Notes: generated by a model not told the origin, from the sequence alone. Shown: positions 48,585 to 56,816, counted from the first letter of the stretch. The stretch is DNA of 57,962 nt from Candidatus Nomurabacteria bacterium (GCA_943349675.1 CALQZN010000001.1:1-57962), one strand, 5' to 3'. Translations and numbers: made by a program.

Positions 48585-49136
48585 TTAAATTCTCTTAATC
48601 TGCAAGAAGTCGAGCTCTACCGGTGTTTCGCGGCCAAACATGGACACCAGCACCTTTACCTTGCCACGACTCTCGTCTACCTCGCCCACTTTGCCATCCA
48701 GGTCTTTAAATGGCCCATCAACAATAACCACGGAGTCCCCTGCTGCAAAGTCGATGGCGTGTTTAACCGAGCCTTCCTTCTCTTGCATGCGACCAAGGAG
48801 CGCATCCACCTCGTGCTGTTTGAGCGGAACTGGGTTGACACCTGAGCCTACGAAGCCCGTCACACGTGGCGTGTTGCGCACCACAAACCAAGACTGATCA
48901 TCGACAGTCATCTCTACCAAGACATACCCTGGGTACACCTTTTCTTCTTCCTCTACACGGCGACCACCTTTAATTTTGATAGTGCGCTCGGTTGGCACCA
49001 CAACGTTAAAAATTTTGTCCGAGATACCAAGCGACTCTATGCGTTGGCGCAAGTTACGTGCCACCGCGTTTTCGTACCCGGCATAGGTGTGTATCGCGTA
49101 CCACGCGCGCCCAACACTGTTATCTTGTTTTGCCAT
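48585..49136 (-). CDS. nusG: transcription termination/antitermination factor NusG
   Basis: The NGN domain is WYAIHTYAGYENAV and the KOW motif is GDSVVIVDGPFKDLDGKV. Confidence 0.9.
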   Translation of the reverse strand: MAKQDNSVGRAWYAIHTYAGYENAVARNLRQRIESLGISDKIFNVVVPTERTIKIKGGRRVEEEEKVYPGYVLVEMTVDDQSWFVVRNTPRVTGFVGSGVNPVPLKQHEVDALLGRMQEKEGSVKHAIDFAAGDSVVIVDGPFKDLDGKVGEVDESRGKVKVLVSMFGRETPVELDFLQIKRI

Positions 49137-49148
49137 GATAATTTTAGG

Positions 49149-49319
49149 TTAGATGATTTGTTTGACGACAGAGGTAAACACATAGTCCCAAAGCCCGAGG
49201 TACACGGCTGTCACCAAAGAGACGGCGATAACTACTACTGTATACACCACAGCTTGGCGTTTTGTTGGCCAAGATACGTGCCGCATTTCCGCACGAACGT
49301 CTTTAAAGTATTGCAACAT
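49149..49319 (-). CDS. secE: preprotein translocase subunit SecE (56 aa, below the ORF-track cutoff)
   Basis: Manual translation gives MLQYFKDVRAEMRHVSWPTKRQAVVYTVVVIAVSLVTAVYLGLWDYVFTSVVKQII. The gene sits directly upstream of nusG. Confidence 0.8.
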   Translation of the reverse strand: MLQYFKDVRAEMRHVSWPTKRQAVVYTVVVIAVSLVTAVYLGLWDYVFTSVVKQII

Positions 49320-49369
49320 AAGTTATTTTTGCCATTTTTAAAAGCCCCGGAGGGCTTTTTATGATCCAA

Positions 49370-49398
49370 ATAGTAGTCCTATAAGGCGATTTTGTCAA
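49370..49398 (-). promoter_or_regulatory. sigma70-type promoter for secE-nusG-rplK
   Basis: Minus strand reads TTGACA-N17-TACTAT. Confidence 0.5.
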
Positions 49399-49458
49399 CA
49401 AAGCAAAAACCCGTACCCCAGAGCAAGAGGTACGGATAGCTGCTCGTTTTTAGTTTGG

Positions 49459-50289
49459 TTATCGAATTTCGTACGTAACTGAGACATCGTTGACGAGCTT
49501 GTTCTGCCCCACAGATATCTCTGGACTAGCCATCTTAGCGTCTTGTGCTACTGCACCCCCACGAGCATACATCATAGGCGATGGGTAGCCACCGCCGTTT
49601 TCGCTAAACGACACCACCCGCACCAGTGACACGCCCAAAGCATCCGCAAGTGCTTCTGCCTTTTCTTTTGCATCATCTATTGCCTTGTCGCGAGCTTGTT
49701 CCTGTACACCAGTTGGGTCGTCAAACGTGAAATTAAGTCCACTTACTTCCGTAGCGCCCTTGGTGCCAACACCCGCAAGCAACTCACCCGCTTTTTTGGT
49801 GTCGCGTACCTTTACTGTTGTAGTTTGGCGCACTTCGTAGCCCCGGAGCACTTGTTTGCCTGGTGGACAATACGTGGCACTAGGTACGTTGCTCCCGATA
49901 GGACCGGGGCAAACACTGTTTTGATAGTCGTACTGAGGGTTAATAGAATAGTCACTTGTTTGGATATCCTTTTTGTCTACCCCAGCGCCAGTCAAATACG
50001 CAGTAGCCGCGTTTGCTTTTGTTGTTGCATCTGCTTGCGCATCAGCGACAGCCAGTTTGGTAGAGACAACCGAGAAAGAAAATGTGGCAATGTCTGGCAC
50101 TGCAACCATTTCTCCATGGCCAGAGACGGTAATAGTATTTGTCGCAGCCATTCCTGTGCCAACGTAGCGGAGTCCCATTAAACTACTCACTACTTCCACT
50201 ACCAAAAACAGCGCGAGCACACTTACCGTAATGAGTAAGGCTTTACGCAAACGCTCTCCTGTTTGACCTTCAAACGGCATTCCTTCCAT
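49459..50289 (-). CDS. SIMPL-domain (DUF541) secreted protein
   Basis: It has an N-terminal TM segment and the typical SIMPL organisation (...ITVSGHGE... and a C-terminal ...EISVGQNKL...). Confidence 0.6.
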   Translation of the reverse strand: MEGMPFEGQTGERLRKALLITVSVLALFLVVEVVSSLMGLRYVGTGMAATNTITVSGHGEMVAVPDIATFSFSVVSTKLAVADAQADATTKANAATAYLTGAGVDKKDIQTSDYSINPQYDYQNSVCPGPIGSNVPSATYCPPGKQVLRGYEVRQTTTVKVRDTKKAGELLAGVGTKGATEVSGLNFTFDDPTGVQEQARDKAIDDAKEKAEALADALGVSLVRVVSFSENGGGYPSPMMYARGGAVAQDAKMASPEISVGQNKLVNDVSVTYEIR

Positions 50290-50341
50290 ATAATTTCTTT
50301 TATTACTATATAAACATCGCTGGGGACTCTTGGTTGTGACG

Positions 50342-51022
50342 TTATTGGACCGATTTGATTACCGACATAATCTGGGCATACGGCAGAGCGCCAGAAATTG
50401 GCATACCTTTGCCTGTTTTAGTGTTAAGTACAACAGTAAATGGCGTACCACTACCTCCGTTGCTTTGTGCCTCTGTTGTGTCGGTTGCTATTTTGTCTGC
50501 ATATTTACCAGAGGCAGCGCAGGCAGCAAACTTGGCTGGGTCGGCCCCTAACCCTTTTGCCACTTCTGCGTAGTACGCACTACCGAGCTTTGCTTGGTTT
50601 GCAAACAATATATCTGCAAACTGCCAAAAACCAGCACTACCGAGCTGCTCTGCCACACACTCAGACGCCTCTGCCGAAGGCTGTGCCTCTGGGTGGATGC
50701 TGGTCAAAGGTAGTTGCCTGTACACCCAAGCGATCTGTCCGTTTGATTCATCAACAATTTTTTTGAGTGTAGGGTGTATGACGTTGCAGTACGGGCACTG
50801 AAAGTCAGAATATTCTACGAGCACAATTGGAGCGTCTGCAGAGCCGCGTACATGGTCGGTTGCAGAGGGTGGGCGAACTTCTGCCGCGGCAGTAGGCGCA
50901 CCACCTTCAACGGCAGGCGCCTTATTGCTGGTAAATAGTATGGCCCCAGCGATAAGTACTCCAGCGATAAGTATAGAAACGGAAGGTGTAATCTCTATTT
51001 TTTTTGTTTCAGACATGAGCAC
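50342..51022 (-). CDS. DsbA-family thiol:disulfide oxidoreductase
   Basis: It has an N-terminal TM segment and the CxxC active site FQCPYC. Confidence 0.8.
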   Translation of the reverse strand: MLMSETKKIEITPSVSILIAGVLIAGAILFTSNKAPAVEGGAPTAAAEVRPPSATDHVRGSADAPIVLVEYSDFQCPYCNVIHPTLKKIVDESNGQIAWVYRQLPLTSIHPEAQPSAEASECVAEQLGSAGFWQFADILFANQAKLGSAYYAEVAKGLGADPAKFAACAASGKYADKIATDTTEAQSNGGSGTPFTVVLNTKTGKGMPISGALPYAQIMSVIKSVQ

Positions 51023-51037
51023 ATTGTACCATTCCTA

Positions 51038-51484
51038 CTATTTTGGTCGAGATTTGAGCAAATCCCGAATTTCTTCAAGCAATCGCTCCTGCGCTGGCTT
51101 GGTGTGGGCAGGGGCGGCAGCATCACCCTGGTTAAACAACCGTTTACGCGCAACAGATATAAGCTTAAATACAACAAAAATAGAGAGCGCTATAACAAAA
51201 AAGTTTAGTATCGTTTGTGCAAATGCTCCCCAGTTAAGCAGTATCGGGGTGTCCCCTACAGCAATATTGAGCGACAGCTTTTTTATATCAGTAGTACTAC
51301 CTGTAATGAGCCCCAAGGCCGGTGTAATAATGTCGGCAACGAGGGAGTTTACGATTGCACTAAACGCGTTGCCAATAACCACCGCAATTGCCAAGTCAAA
51401 GGCGTTGCCCTTAACAGCAAAATTTTTAAACTCAGACCAAAACCCAAAAGCTTTTGTGCGTATGTTTGCTTTTATTTTTGCCAT
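51038..51484 (-). CDS. mscL: large-conductance mechanosensitive channel
   Basis: The sequence FKNFAVKGNAFDLAIAVVIGNAFSAIVNSLVADIITP is MscL-like. Confidence 0.9.
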   Translation of the reverse strand: MAKIKANIRTKAFGFWSEFKNFAVKGNAFDLAIAVVIGNAFSAIVNSLVADIITPALGLITGSTTDIKKLSLNIAVGDTPILLNWGAFAQTILNFFVIALSIFVVFKLISVARKRLFNQGDAAAPAHTKPAQERLLEEIRDLLKSRPK

Positions 51485-51489
51485 ACGTT

Positions 51490-52005
51490 TTATTGGCGAT
51501 TGTGTAGTTTTTCTACATCCTGCATAAGTTTTTGCAACCCACTTCGAATCTCGTCCAGTGTTTTCTCTTGCCCTGCCTGAGAAGCCTCTTCTGCCTTCTC
51601 GTCTTCAGTCATCTCTTCCACGTCTTCTTGAATCTCGTCGACGTCTTCTTGGATTTCATCAACGTCCTCCTGAATCTCGTCCACATCTTCTTGGATCTCG
51701 TCGATATCTTCTTGAATCTCTTCGATGTCTTGCTCAACATTTTCGATAGTCCGTGTTGTGTAGTTGATGGTCATCTGTATAAAAATCGACAAGTAAATTG
51801 CTTCCAAAGAAACAATGGTGGTCAAAATCAAAAGCATCCGTTCAAATGGCAAAACTCCAAATTGCACCAACAAAAAACTACCCAAAAACAAAAACGTGTG
51901 TAGGACGACAGACTCAAGTGAGCCGACCGCACGTGTAACCCCAAGAGCCAGTTGCTCTATTTGTTCTTTTGGCTCTTTTCGTTTTTCTTTACCTTTTTTA
52001 GCCAT
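51490..52005 (-). CDS. DUF1003-like membrane protein with an acidic heptad-repeat tail
   Basis: It has two TM helices with the motif TIVSLEAIYLSIFIQ. Repeats (D/E)EIQEDV x5-6 follow. Confidence 0.55.
   Translation of the reverse strand: MAKKGKEKRKEPKEQIEQLALGVTRAVGSLESVVLHTFLFLGSFLLVQFGVLPFERMLLILTTIVSLEAIYLSIFIQMTINYTTRTIENVEQDIEEIQEDIDEIQEDVDEIQEDVDEIQEDVDEIQEDVEEMTEDEKAEEASQAGQEKTLDEIRSGLQKLMQDVEKLHNRQ
51618..51732 (-). repeat. in-frame 21-nt tandem repeat (~5.5 units)
   Basis: The unit gacgtcttcttg(a/g)at(c/t)tcgtc encodes DEIQEDV units. Confidence 0.8.
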
Positions 52006-52064
52006 ACATAAAACACTACCTCAACACTCTCGATTGTACCACCGACCTTTGTGCACGCCGCAAT

Positions 52065-53168
52065 TTATCGCATCGTTTTAAGTTTTTGCTCAACTGCAAA
52101 CCGCTCGACCCCCAACTCAATAAGACGCGTAATGAGGTCAGTATATGAGATACCAGCAGCGCCCCAGAGCCTTGGGTACATACTTACATTCGTAAATCCT
52201 GGCATGGTGTTTATTTCGTTTACAAACAACGTACCCTCTTTCGTATAAAAAAAGTCCACGCGGGCTAGACCCTCACATGAGAGGGTTTTAAATACCAAAG
52301 TAGCGAGACTTCGCAAACGCTCCGTGGCTTCGGTTGGAATGTCGGCAGGTATAATGAGCGACGCACCGTCCTCGTCAATATATTTTGCATCGTATGAGTA
52401 AAATTCGTGATGCGGAATAATCTCCCCCACTCCCGAAGCGTCTGGATTTTGGTTGCCAAGCACCGCGCATTCAAGTTCTCTTCCGGCGACAAACTCCTCG
52501 ACAATAATTTTTGTATCAAATTCGAACGCATGCGCCACAGCTTCTTCAAACTCCTGTTTGTTTTTTGCCTTACTCACCCCCACAGATGAACCCAAGTTTG
52601 CTGGTTTTATAAACAAGGGAGTCCCTAGCTCCATAGAAATCTCTACAAAATCAACAACCTCTCCCTGGCGTAAGACTTTAAACTTTGCAATGGGCAGGCC
52701 GGCATCACGCAGCAAGCGCTTCATTACGTCTTTGTCCATCCCCACCGCCGAGCCAAGTACACTGGCCCCTACAAACGGCACGCCGGCCAATTTGAGCAAG
52801 CCTTGGACTGTGCCATCTTCGCCAAACGGCCCGTGAAGTATAGGGAAGACAACATCAACCGCGGGCAGCACACCCGAACGCGAGAGGTTGGTGACTTCAC
52901 CACTACTTTGTGGCACAAGCGCCACACTTTCGTTGCCGAGCGTGTTTAAAGCGATGGTTTTAGGGTCGCTGGTGTTGAGCAAAAACTCTGCCTGGTTAGG
53001 CAACAGCCAATGGCCAGCTTTGTCTATTGCGATAAGGCAAACCTCATATTTATTTTTATCTATCGCGTCAGCAATGTTTTTGGCCGACTGTAGCGACACC
53101 TCGTGCTCGGCCGACTTGCCGCCAAAGAGTATTCCGACCCGTAGCTTTTTACCTTCCATTACTCCCAA
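52065..53168 (-). CDS. ddl: D-alanine--D-alanine ligase
   Basis: The sequences VGILFGGKSAEHEVSLQSA and ...HGPFGEDGTVQGLL...EINTMPGFT are Ddl-like. Confidence 0.9.
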   Translation of the reverse strand: MGVMEGKKLRVGILFGGKSAEHEVSLQSAKNIADAIDKNKYEVCLIAIDKAGHWLLPNQAEFLLNTSDPKTIALNTLGNESVALVPQSSGEVTNLSRSGVLPAVDVVFPILHGPFGEDGTVQGLLKLAGVPFVGASVLGSAVGMDKDVMKRLLRDAGLPIAKFKVLRQGEVVDFVEISMELGTPLFIKPANLGSSVGVSKAKNKQEFEEAVAHAFEFDTKIIVEEFVAGRELECAVLGNQNPDASGVGEIIPHHEFYSYDAKYIDEDGASLIIPADIPTEATERLRSLATLVFKTLSCEGLARVDFFYTKEGTLFVNEINTMPGFTNVSMYPRLWGAAGISYTDLITRLIELGVERFAVEQKLKTMR

Positions 53169-53203
53169 TATAACACCAGAGTGATAGAGAGGTTTCGAGC
53201 AGT

Positions 53204-53686
53204 CTAGTGGCTTTCGTACTCGGTGTAGAGCGGCACACCCAGACGCATGGCCTCAAGCCCCGCACGAACGCGAGAACCTATGGTGGGGCGCAGCAGCTTC
53301 AGCGCTTCGTCTTGACTACAAAACTGGTATGCCTCTATTTCTTGTTCTTCCAACACAATGCGGGCAATTTGGGCTGCTCCAAGGACGCCACCAAAAAAGG
53401 TAAACTCGACCGAGTCATATGCTTCCGCTTTGTTGGGGAAATTTCTTTCGTACTGAACTATTAAAAAAGTGAGTTGAGGGATCTCCAGCCCTATTTCCTC
53501 TTTGATTTCGCGGACACATCCGTCGTGGGGAGACTCCAGCGCGTCAATAACACCTCCCGGAACACTCCACCCTTCTCGATAGCTTTGCTTTACAATAAGC
53601 AGCTCATCTTTTTCATTTAAAAATATCGCTGCACAGCCTACATGCCTCTTGGGTAAGGACGCGAGATATTCTGCATATGGCAACAT
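53204..53686 (-). CDS. NUDIX hydrolase
   Basis: The Nudix box is GGVIDALESPHDGCVREIKEEIGL. Confidence 0.8.
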   Translation of the reverse strand: MLPYAEYLASLPKRHVGCAAIFLNEKDELLIVKQSYREGWSVPGGVIDALESPHDGCVREIKEEIGLEIPQLTFLIVQYERNFPNKAEAYDSVEFTFFGGVLGAAQIARIVLEEQEIEAYQFCSQDEALKLLRPTIGSRVRAGLEAMRLGVPLYTEYESH

Positions 53687-53722
53687 AGTGCAGATTGTAC
53701 GTTATTTTATCTTTTATTACTC

Positions 53723-53741
53723 TGGGTGACCGATGGGACTC
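53723..53741 (-). repeat. duplicated 3' end of tRNA-His (19 bp, identical to 53915-53933)
   Basis: tgggtgaccgatgggactc occurs at both positions. Confidence 0.9.
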
Positions 53742-53916
53742 CTTTTTGCCCGTCGGCTCGAATCGTTGCGCATGGCTCACGATATACTCGCCTCCTCCTT
53801 AAAAAGCCTCGGGCCCTCGCTGTTTTGCTACGCAAGCTCGGGTCCCGTTCGATTCCCAAGCAACGCTCGCGTTGCAAAACTACCCAACCTTGCGGCTGGG
53901 TAGTTTTGTCACCGTG

Positions 53917-53989
53917 GGTGACCGATGGGACTCGAACCCACAACAACTGGTACCACAAACCAGGGCTCTACCATTGAGCTACGGCCACC
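53917..53989 (-). tRNA. tRNA-His (GTG) with encoded G-1 and C73
   Basis: It folds as a cloverleaf by hand: G-1, acceptor GTGGCCG/CGGTCAC, anticodon arm CTGGT-TTGTGGT-ACCAG, T arm GTGGG-TTCGAGT-CCCAT. Confidence 0.85.
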
Positions 53990-54036
53990 ATTGAACGCTT
54001 GTTTTTATACCACAAAAACCACCAAACCGATACTGA

Positions 54037-55026
54037 TCATGCGGTTTGGTTTTTGAGCTCCCGTCTTGAAGAGTAGTATGAGAACGCAATAAACCCAAGA
54101 CCAATACCTGCGGTGATTACCTCGGGCACGTGGACAACAAGTCCCGCAAACATCGCCATTGCAAGCCCAAAAATAGCCCAATGCGCACCGTGCTCGAGGT
54201 ATTTAAGGGTATCGAGTGTTTTTGCACGCACCAAAAAGACAGTGAGTGAGCGGACAAAGTACGCACCGATACCGAGGCCCACTACAATGATTGGTAGCGC
54301 TGTGGTAAGTGCAAAAGCTCCAATGACGCCGTCGAGCGAGAATGCGGAGTCCAGGAGGTTTAGGTACACAAACATCACTGCGCCCGAGCGCACCACATGT
54401 TTTGACTCGACATTGAGCCCATTTGCCACCCCTTCCGTCACTGTAAACAAAATGATTCCGATGAGCCCACTGCGCAAAATAGTTGCCGCCGAGTCGTGCG
54501 AGAAAAACGAAAGTACGACGAGCATAAGCATCGCAAGCGCTGCCTCTATCGCCTCGATACTTCCCCACTTAGCCAAGTACTTTTCAACAACAGCTATCCA
54601 GTGGATAGTTTTGCCAATATCAAAAAAGAATTTAAGCGACACCATCAGCAAGAATGCCCCACCGAATGCTTTTATCGACGCATCTGCACCAAGCAGCAAC
54701 CGCGTATATTCGGCAGGGTCGGTAAAGGCAAGGAGGGTAATGGCTATAGGTGAGACAAATGCGACAATACTTACAATAAGGATTGGGAGTATCAAGCGCG
54801 TCCCTACCACCGAGAGCAAAATACCCCAGGTCAAAAAGCGTCGCTGCCACAGGGCAGGCATTTCTTTAAGTACTTTGGCGTTTACGACCGCGTTGTCGAA
54901 CGACAATGTGACTTCCAAAATAACCAACAACACTGCAAGCAAAAAAGCTGCTGGACCGCCCCACCACAGCACTGCAAGGAGCCCGAGCACCGACGCGACA
55001 GTAGGGGCGATAAAAATTTTGTACAT
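54037..55026 (-). CDS. TerC family integral membrane protein
   Basis: The motif LSFDNAVVNA appears near the N-terminus, and the protein has about 9 TM helices. Confidence 0.8.
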   Translation of the reverse strand: MYKIFIAPTVASVLGLLAVLWWGGPAAFLLAVLLVILEVTLSFDNAVVNAKVLKEMPALWQRRFLTWGILLSVVGTRLILPILIVSIVAFVSPIAITLLAFTDPAEYTRLLLGADASIKAFGGAFLLMVSLKFFFDIGKTIHWIAVVEKYLAKWGSIEAIEAALAMLMLVVLSFFSHDSAATILRSGLIGIILFTVTEGVANGLNVESKHVVRSGAVMFVYLNLLDSAFSLDGVIGAFALTTALPIIVVGLGIGAYFVRSLTVFLVRAKTLDTLKYLEHGAHWAIFGLAMAMFAGLVVHVPEVITAGIGLGFIAFSYYSSRRELKNQTA

Positions 55027-55054
55027 GACAATTATTATAGTTTATTTTGCTTCT

Positions 55055-55118
55055 GGTCACAGATATTTTTCTGCTGAAAAATTCCGCGACCCCGCCTCGA
55101 CGCCGTCGCGTCTGCGGC
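55055..55118 (-). repeat. structured repeat family B, copy B3
   Basis: The copy contains GGTCACAGAT, the hairpin ATTTTTC-tgct-GAAAAAT, the core CCGCGACCCCGCCTCGA, the hairpin GACGC-cgtc-GCGTC, and the tail CTGCGGCT. Confidence 0.8.
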
Positions 55119-55144
55119 TCACAAAATGTGTCCCACACATTTTG

Positions 55145-55226
55145 TGCCCAGGACTGGACTTGAACCAGCATGTCTTGCGACGTTACCACCTCAAGGTAAT
55201 GGGTCTACCAATTTCCCCACCTGGGC
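55145..55226 (-). tRNA. tRNA-Leu (GAG)
   Basis: The acceptor is GCCCAGG/CCTGGGC and the anticodon loop is TTGAGGT. It has a long variable arm and the T arm GGTTCAAGTCC. CCA is not encoded. Confidence 0.85.
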
Positions 55227-55235
55227 ATGTTTGTA

Positions 55236-55724
55236 TTATGCGCTAACTTGCTCCTCTTGTGGAGCCTCTGCTGTTGGCTCCTCCACTTCGGACACCTCTT
55301 CTACAACAGCTGCAGGGGCAGCTTTTTCAACCTGGACAGATTTACGCATAGCACGCTTAACGTCGCGAGTAGCCTTCTCGCGGATGAAGTACAGCTTTGC
55401 GCGGCGAGTGCGGGTGCGGCGCAATACTTCAATAGAGTCAATCATGGGCGAGTAAAGTGGGAAGATTTTCTCTACTCCAACACCGCTGGCAACCTTACGA
55501 ACAGTAAACATCGCCCCAGGCTCACTACCGTGTTTAACTGCCAATACCAAGCCTTCAAACGCCTGTTTGCGGTAGTTTTTGGTCACCACCTCTTTTTTGT
55601 TAGCCCCCTTGCTCTTTTTGAGCTCTTCAATTTTTTGCCACACACGCACACTGTCGCCAGCGCGGATACCAAGCGCTGCGCGCTCTTGCATGTTTATAGG
55701 GGTCGTTTGTACGGCTGATTTCAT
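55236..55724 (-). CDS. rplS: 50S ribosomal protein L19 (with acidic C-terminal extension)
   Basis: The sequence GDSVRVWQKI...FEGLVLAVKHGSEPGAMFTVRKVASGVGVEKIFPLYSPMIDSIEVLRRTRTRRAKLYFIR is L19-like. Confidence 0.9.
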   Translation of the reverse strand: MKSAVQTTPINMQERAALGIRAGDSVRVWQKIEELKKSKGANKKEVVTKNYRKQAFEGLVLAVKHGSEPGAMFTVRKVASGVGVEKIFPLYSPMIDSIEVLRRTRTRRAKLYFIREKATRDVKRAMRKSVQVEKAAPAAVVEEVSEVEEPTAEAPQEEQVSA

Positions 55725-55756
55725 ATCAATATAGGTTACAGGACTGTACCACAAGC

Positions 55757-56473
55757 TTAAACGCTTCGCAATTCCTTCTCTGCCTGCACAAAATCGGGCG
55801 GCAGCGGCGCCTCAAATGTCCGCTCACCCCCGCGAGGGATCTTTACAGTGAGGGATAGCGCGTGGAGCGCCAGCCTATCAAACCCCAGTAGGGCTTCGCG
55901 TCTTGATGCATAGAGCCTATCAGCCACGATAGGGCGTTGTATCGCTGCAAAGTGCACACGGATTTGGTGTGTGCGACCAGTTTTTGGAAACACCTCTACA
56001 TAGGTAACTTCCGGAGTACGAGTTATAACCCGGTACATCGTCAGAGCCTCGCGCATAACACCATAGGCATTTTTTGCAGAGCGCGGGCCTGTGCCGCCGC
56101 GCGTGCTGCCAATTGGCTTGTCGATAATACCCCTATCATCTTTAATATTGCCGTATACAAATGCGCGATACACTTTGCGTACCTCTCTTGCCTGAAATTG
56201 ACTCTTTAAAAAATCAAAACTCTCTTGGGTACGGGCAACGATCAAGACCCCCGAAGTTTCGCGGTCAATGCGGTGCACGATACCTGGGCGGTCGATAACC
56301 GTGCCGTCGGCCAAAGTCTGCGGCTCCCCTACCCCCACAATGTCGGGGTACTCGGCAAGTAGCCAGTCGACCAGCGTTGCGCGGTCATGCTTGCCGTCGG
56401 CGTGCACGGCCAGGCCTGCGGGTTTGTTGACGACAATAACCGAGTCATCTTCGTATAGGACGGTGGGTTCCAC
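55757..56473 (-). CDS. RluA-family pseudouridine synthase (no S4 domain)
   Basis: The motifs are VVNKPAGLAVH and HRIDRETSGVLIVART. The GTG start lies 4 nt from the tRNA-Val 3' end. Confidence 0.85.
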   Translation of the reverse strand: MEPTVLYEDDSVIVVNKPAGLAVHADGKHDRATLVDWLLAEYPDIVGVGEPQTLADGTVIDRPGIVHRIDRETSGVLIVARTQESFDFLKSQFQAREVRKVYRAFVYGNIKDDRGIIDKPIGSTRGGTGPRSAKNAYGVMREALTMYRVITRTPEVTYVEVFPKTGRTHQIRVHFAAIQRPIVADRLYASRREALLGFDRLALHALSLTVKIPRGGERTFEAPLPPDFVQAEKELRSV

Positions 56474-56477
56474 TTTG

Positions 56478-56550
56478 TGCGCGGTGAGGGGCTCGAACCC
56501 CCGACCTTCTCAGTGTAAATGAGTTGCTCTACCAACTGAGCTAACCGCGC
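56478..56550 (-). tRNA. tRNA-Val (TAC)
   Basis: The acceptor is GCGCGGT/ACCGCGC, the D arm is GCTC-AGTTGGTA-GAGC, the anticodon loop is TTTACAC, and the T arm is GGGGG-TTCGAGC-CCCTC. Confidence 0.85.
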
Positions 56551-56617
56551 ATCGGCCTTAGGCCGAACCCTACTGTACCCCTATTTGGGGAGGTTTTCAA
56601 TACTTTCAAAATCTCAT

Positions 56618-56665
56618 GGTCACAAGTATTTTTCCTGACGGAAAAATCTCGCGACCCCGCCTCGC
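56618..56665 (-). repeat. structured repeat family B, copy B4 (short form)
   Basis: The copy contains GGTCACAAGT, the hairpin ATTTTTCC-tgac-GGAAAAAT, and the core TCGCGACCCCGCCTCGC. It has no second hairpin. Confidence 0.8.
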
Positions 56666-56681
56666 AGTTTATAGAGGAATC

Positions 56682-56760
56682 GGTCACAGGTTCCAGCCTG
56701 CTGGCTGGCCCCGCGACCCCGCCTCACTCGCCTACGCTCGCTCCGGCCTTCGATTCCTCG
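56682..56760 (-). repeat. structured repeat family B, copy B5 (stem fully replaced)
   Basis: The copy contains GGTCACAGGT, the hairpin CCAGCC-tgct-GGCTGG, the core CCGCGACCCCGCCTCAC, then ...CTCCGGCC and TTCGATTCC. Confidence 0.8.
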
Positions 56761-56816
56761 TAGTACCTCCAGCAACAAGACAAAACCGCACAATAGGTGC
56801 GGTTTTGTCTTGTTGG

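Noticed and set aside
53840-53870. TTCGATTCC strings on the plus strand (53851-53859, also 56749-56757) as plus-strand tRNA genes or pseudogenes.
   Set aside because: Flanking bases cannot form T stems or acceptor stems, and no cloverleaf can be drawn. They are more likely fragments carried within the repeat or insert sequences.
55027-55144. yybP-ykoY (Mn) riboswitch upstream of the TerC-family gene.
   Set aside because: The spacer is fully accounted for by family B copy B3 and the tRNA-Leu 3' hairpin. None of the conserved four-way-junction sequence features I recall for yybP-ykoY are visible.
54113-55246. 377-aa plus-strand ORF, the longest unassigned ORF in the track.
   Set aside because: It is exactly antisense to the well-supported TerC-family gene, with Ser/Thr/Ala-rich shadow-frame composition. 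The same reasoning applies to 17070-17843 and 17907-18533 (antisense to ftsK), 19059-19721 (antisense to recA), 36562-37257 (antisense to ileS), 43635-44267 (antisense to glyA) and 50925-51527.
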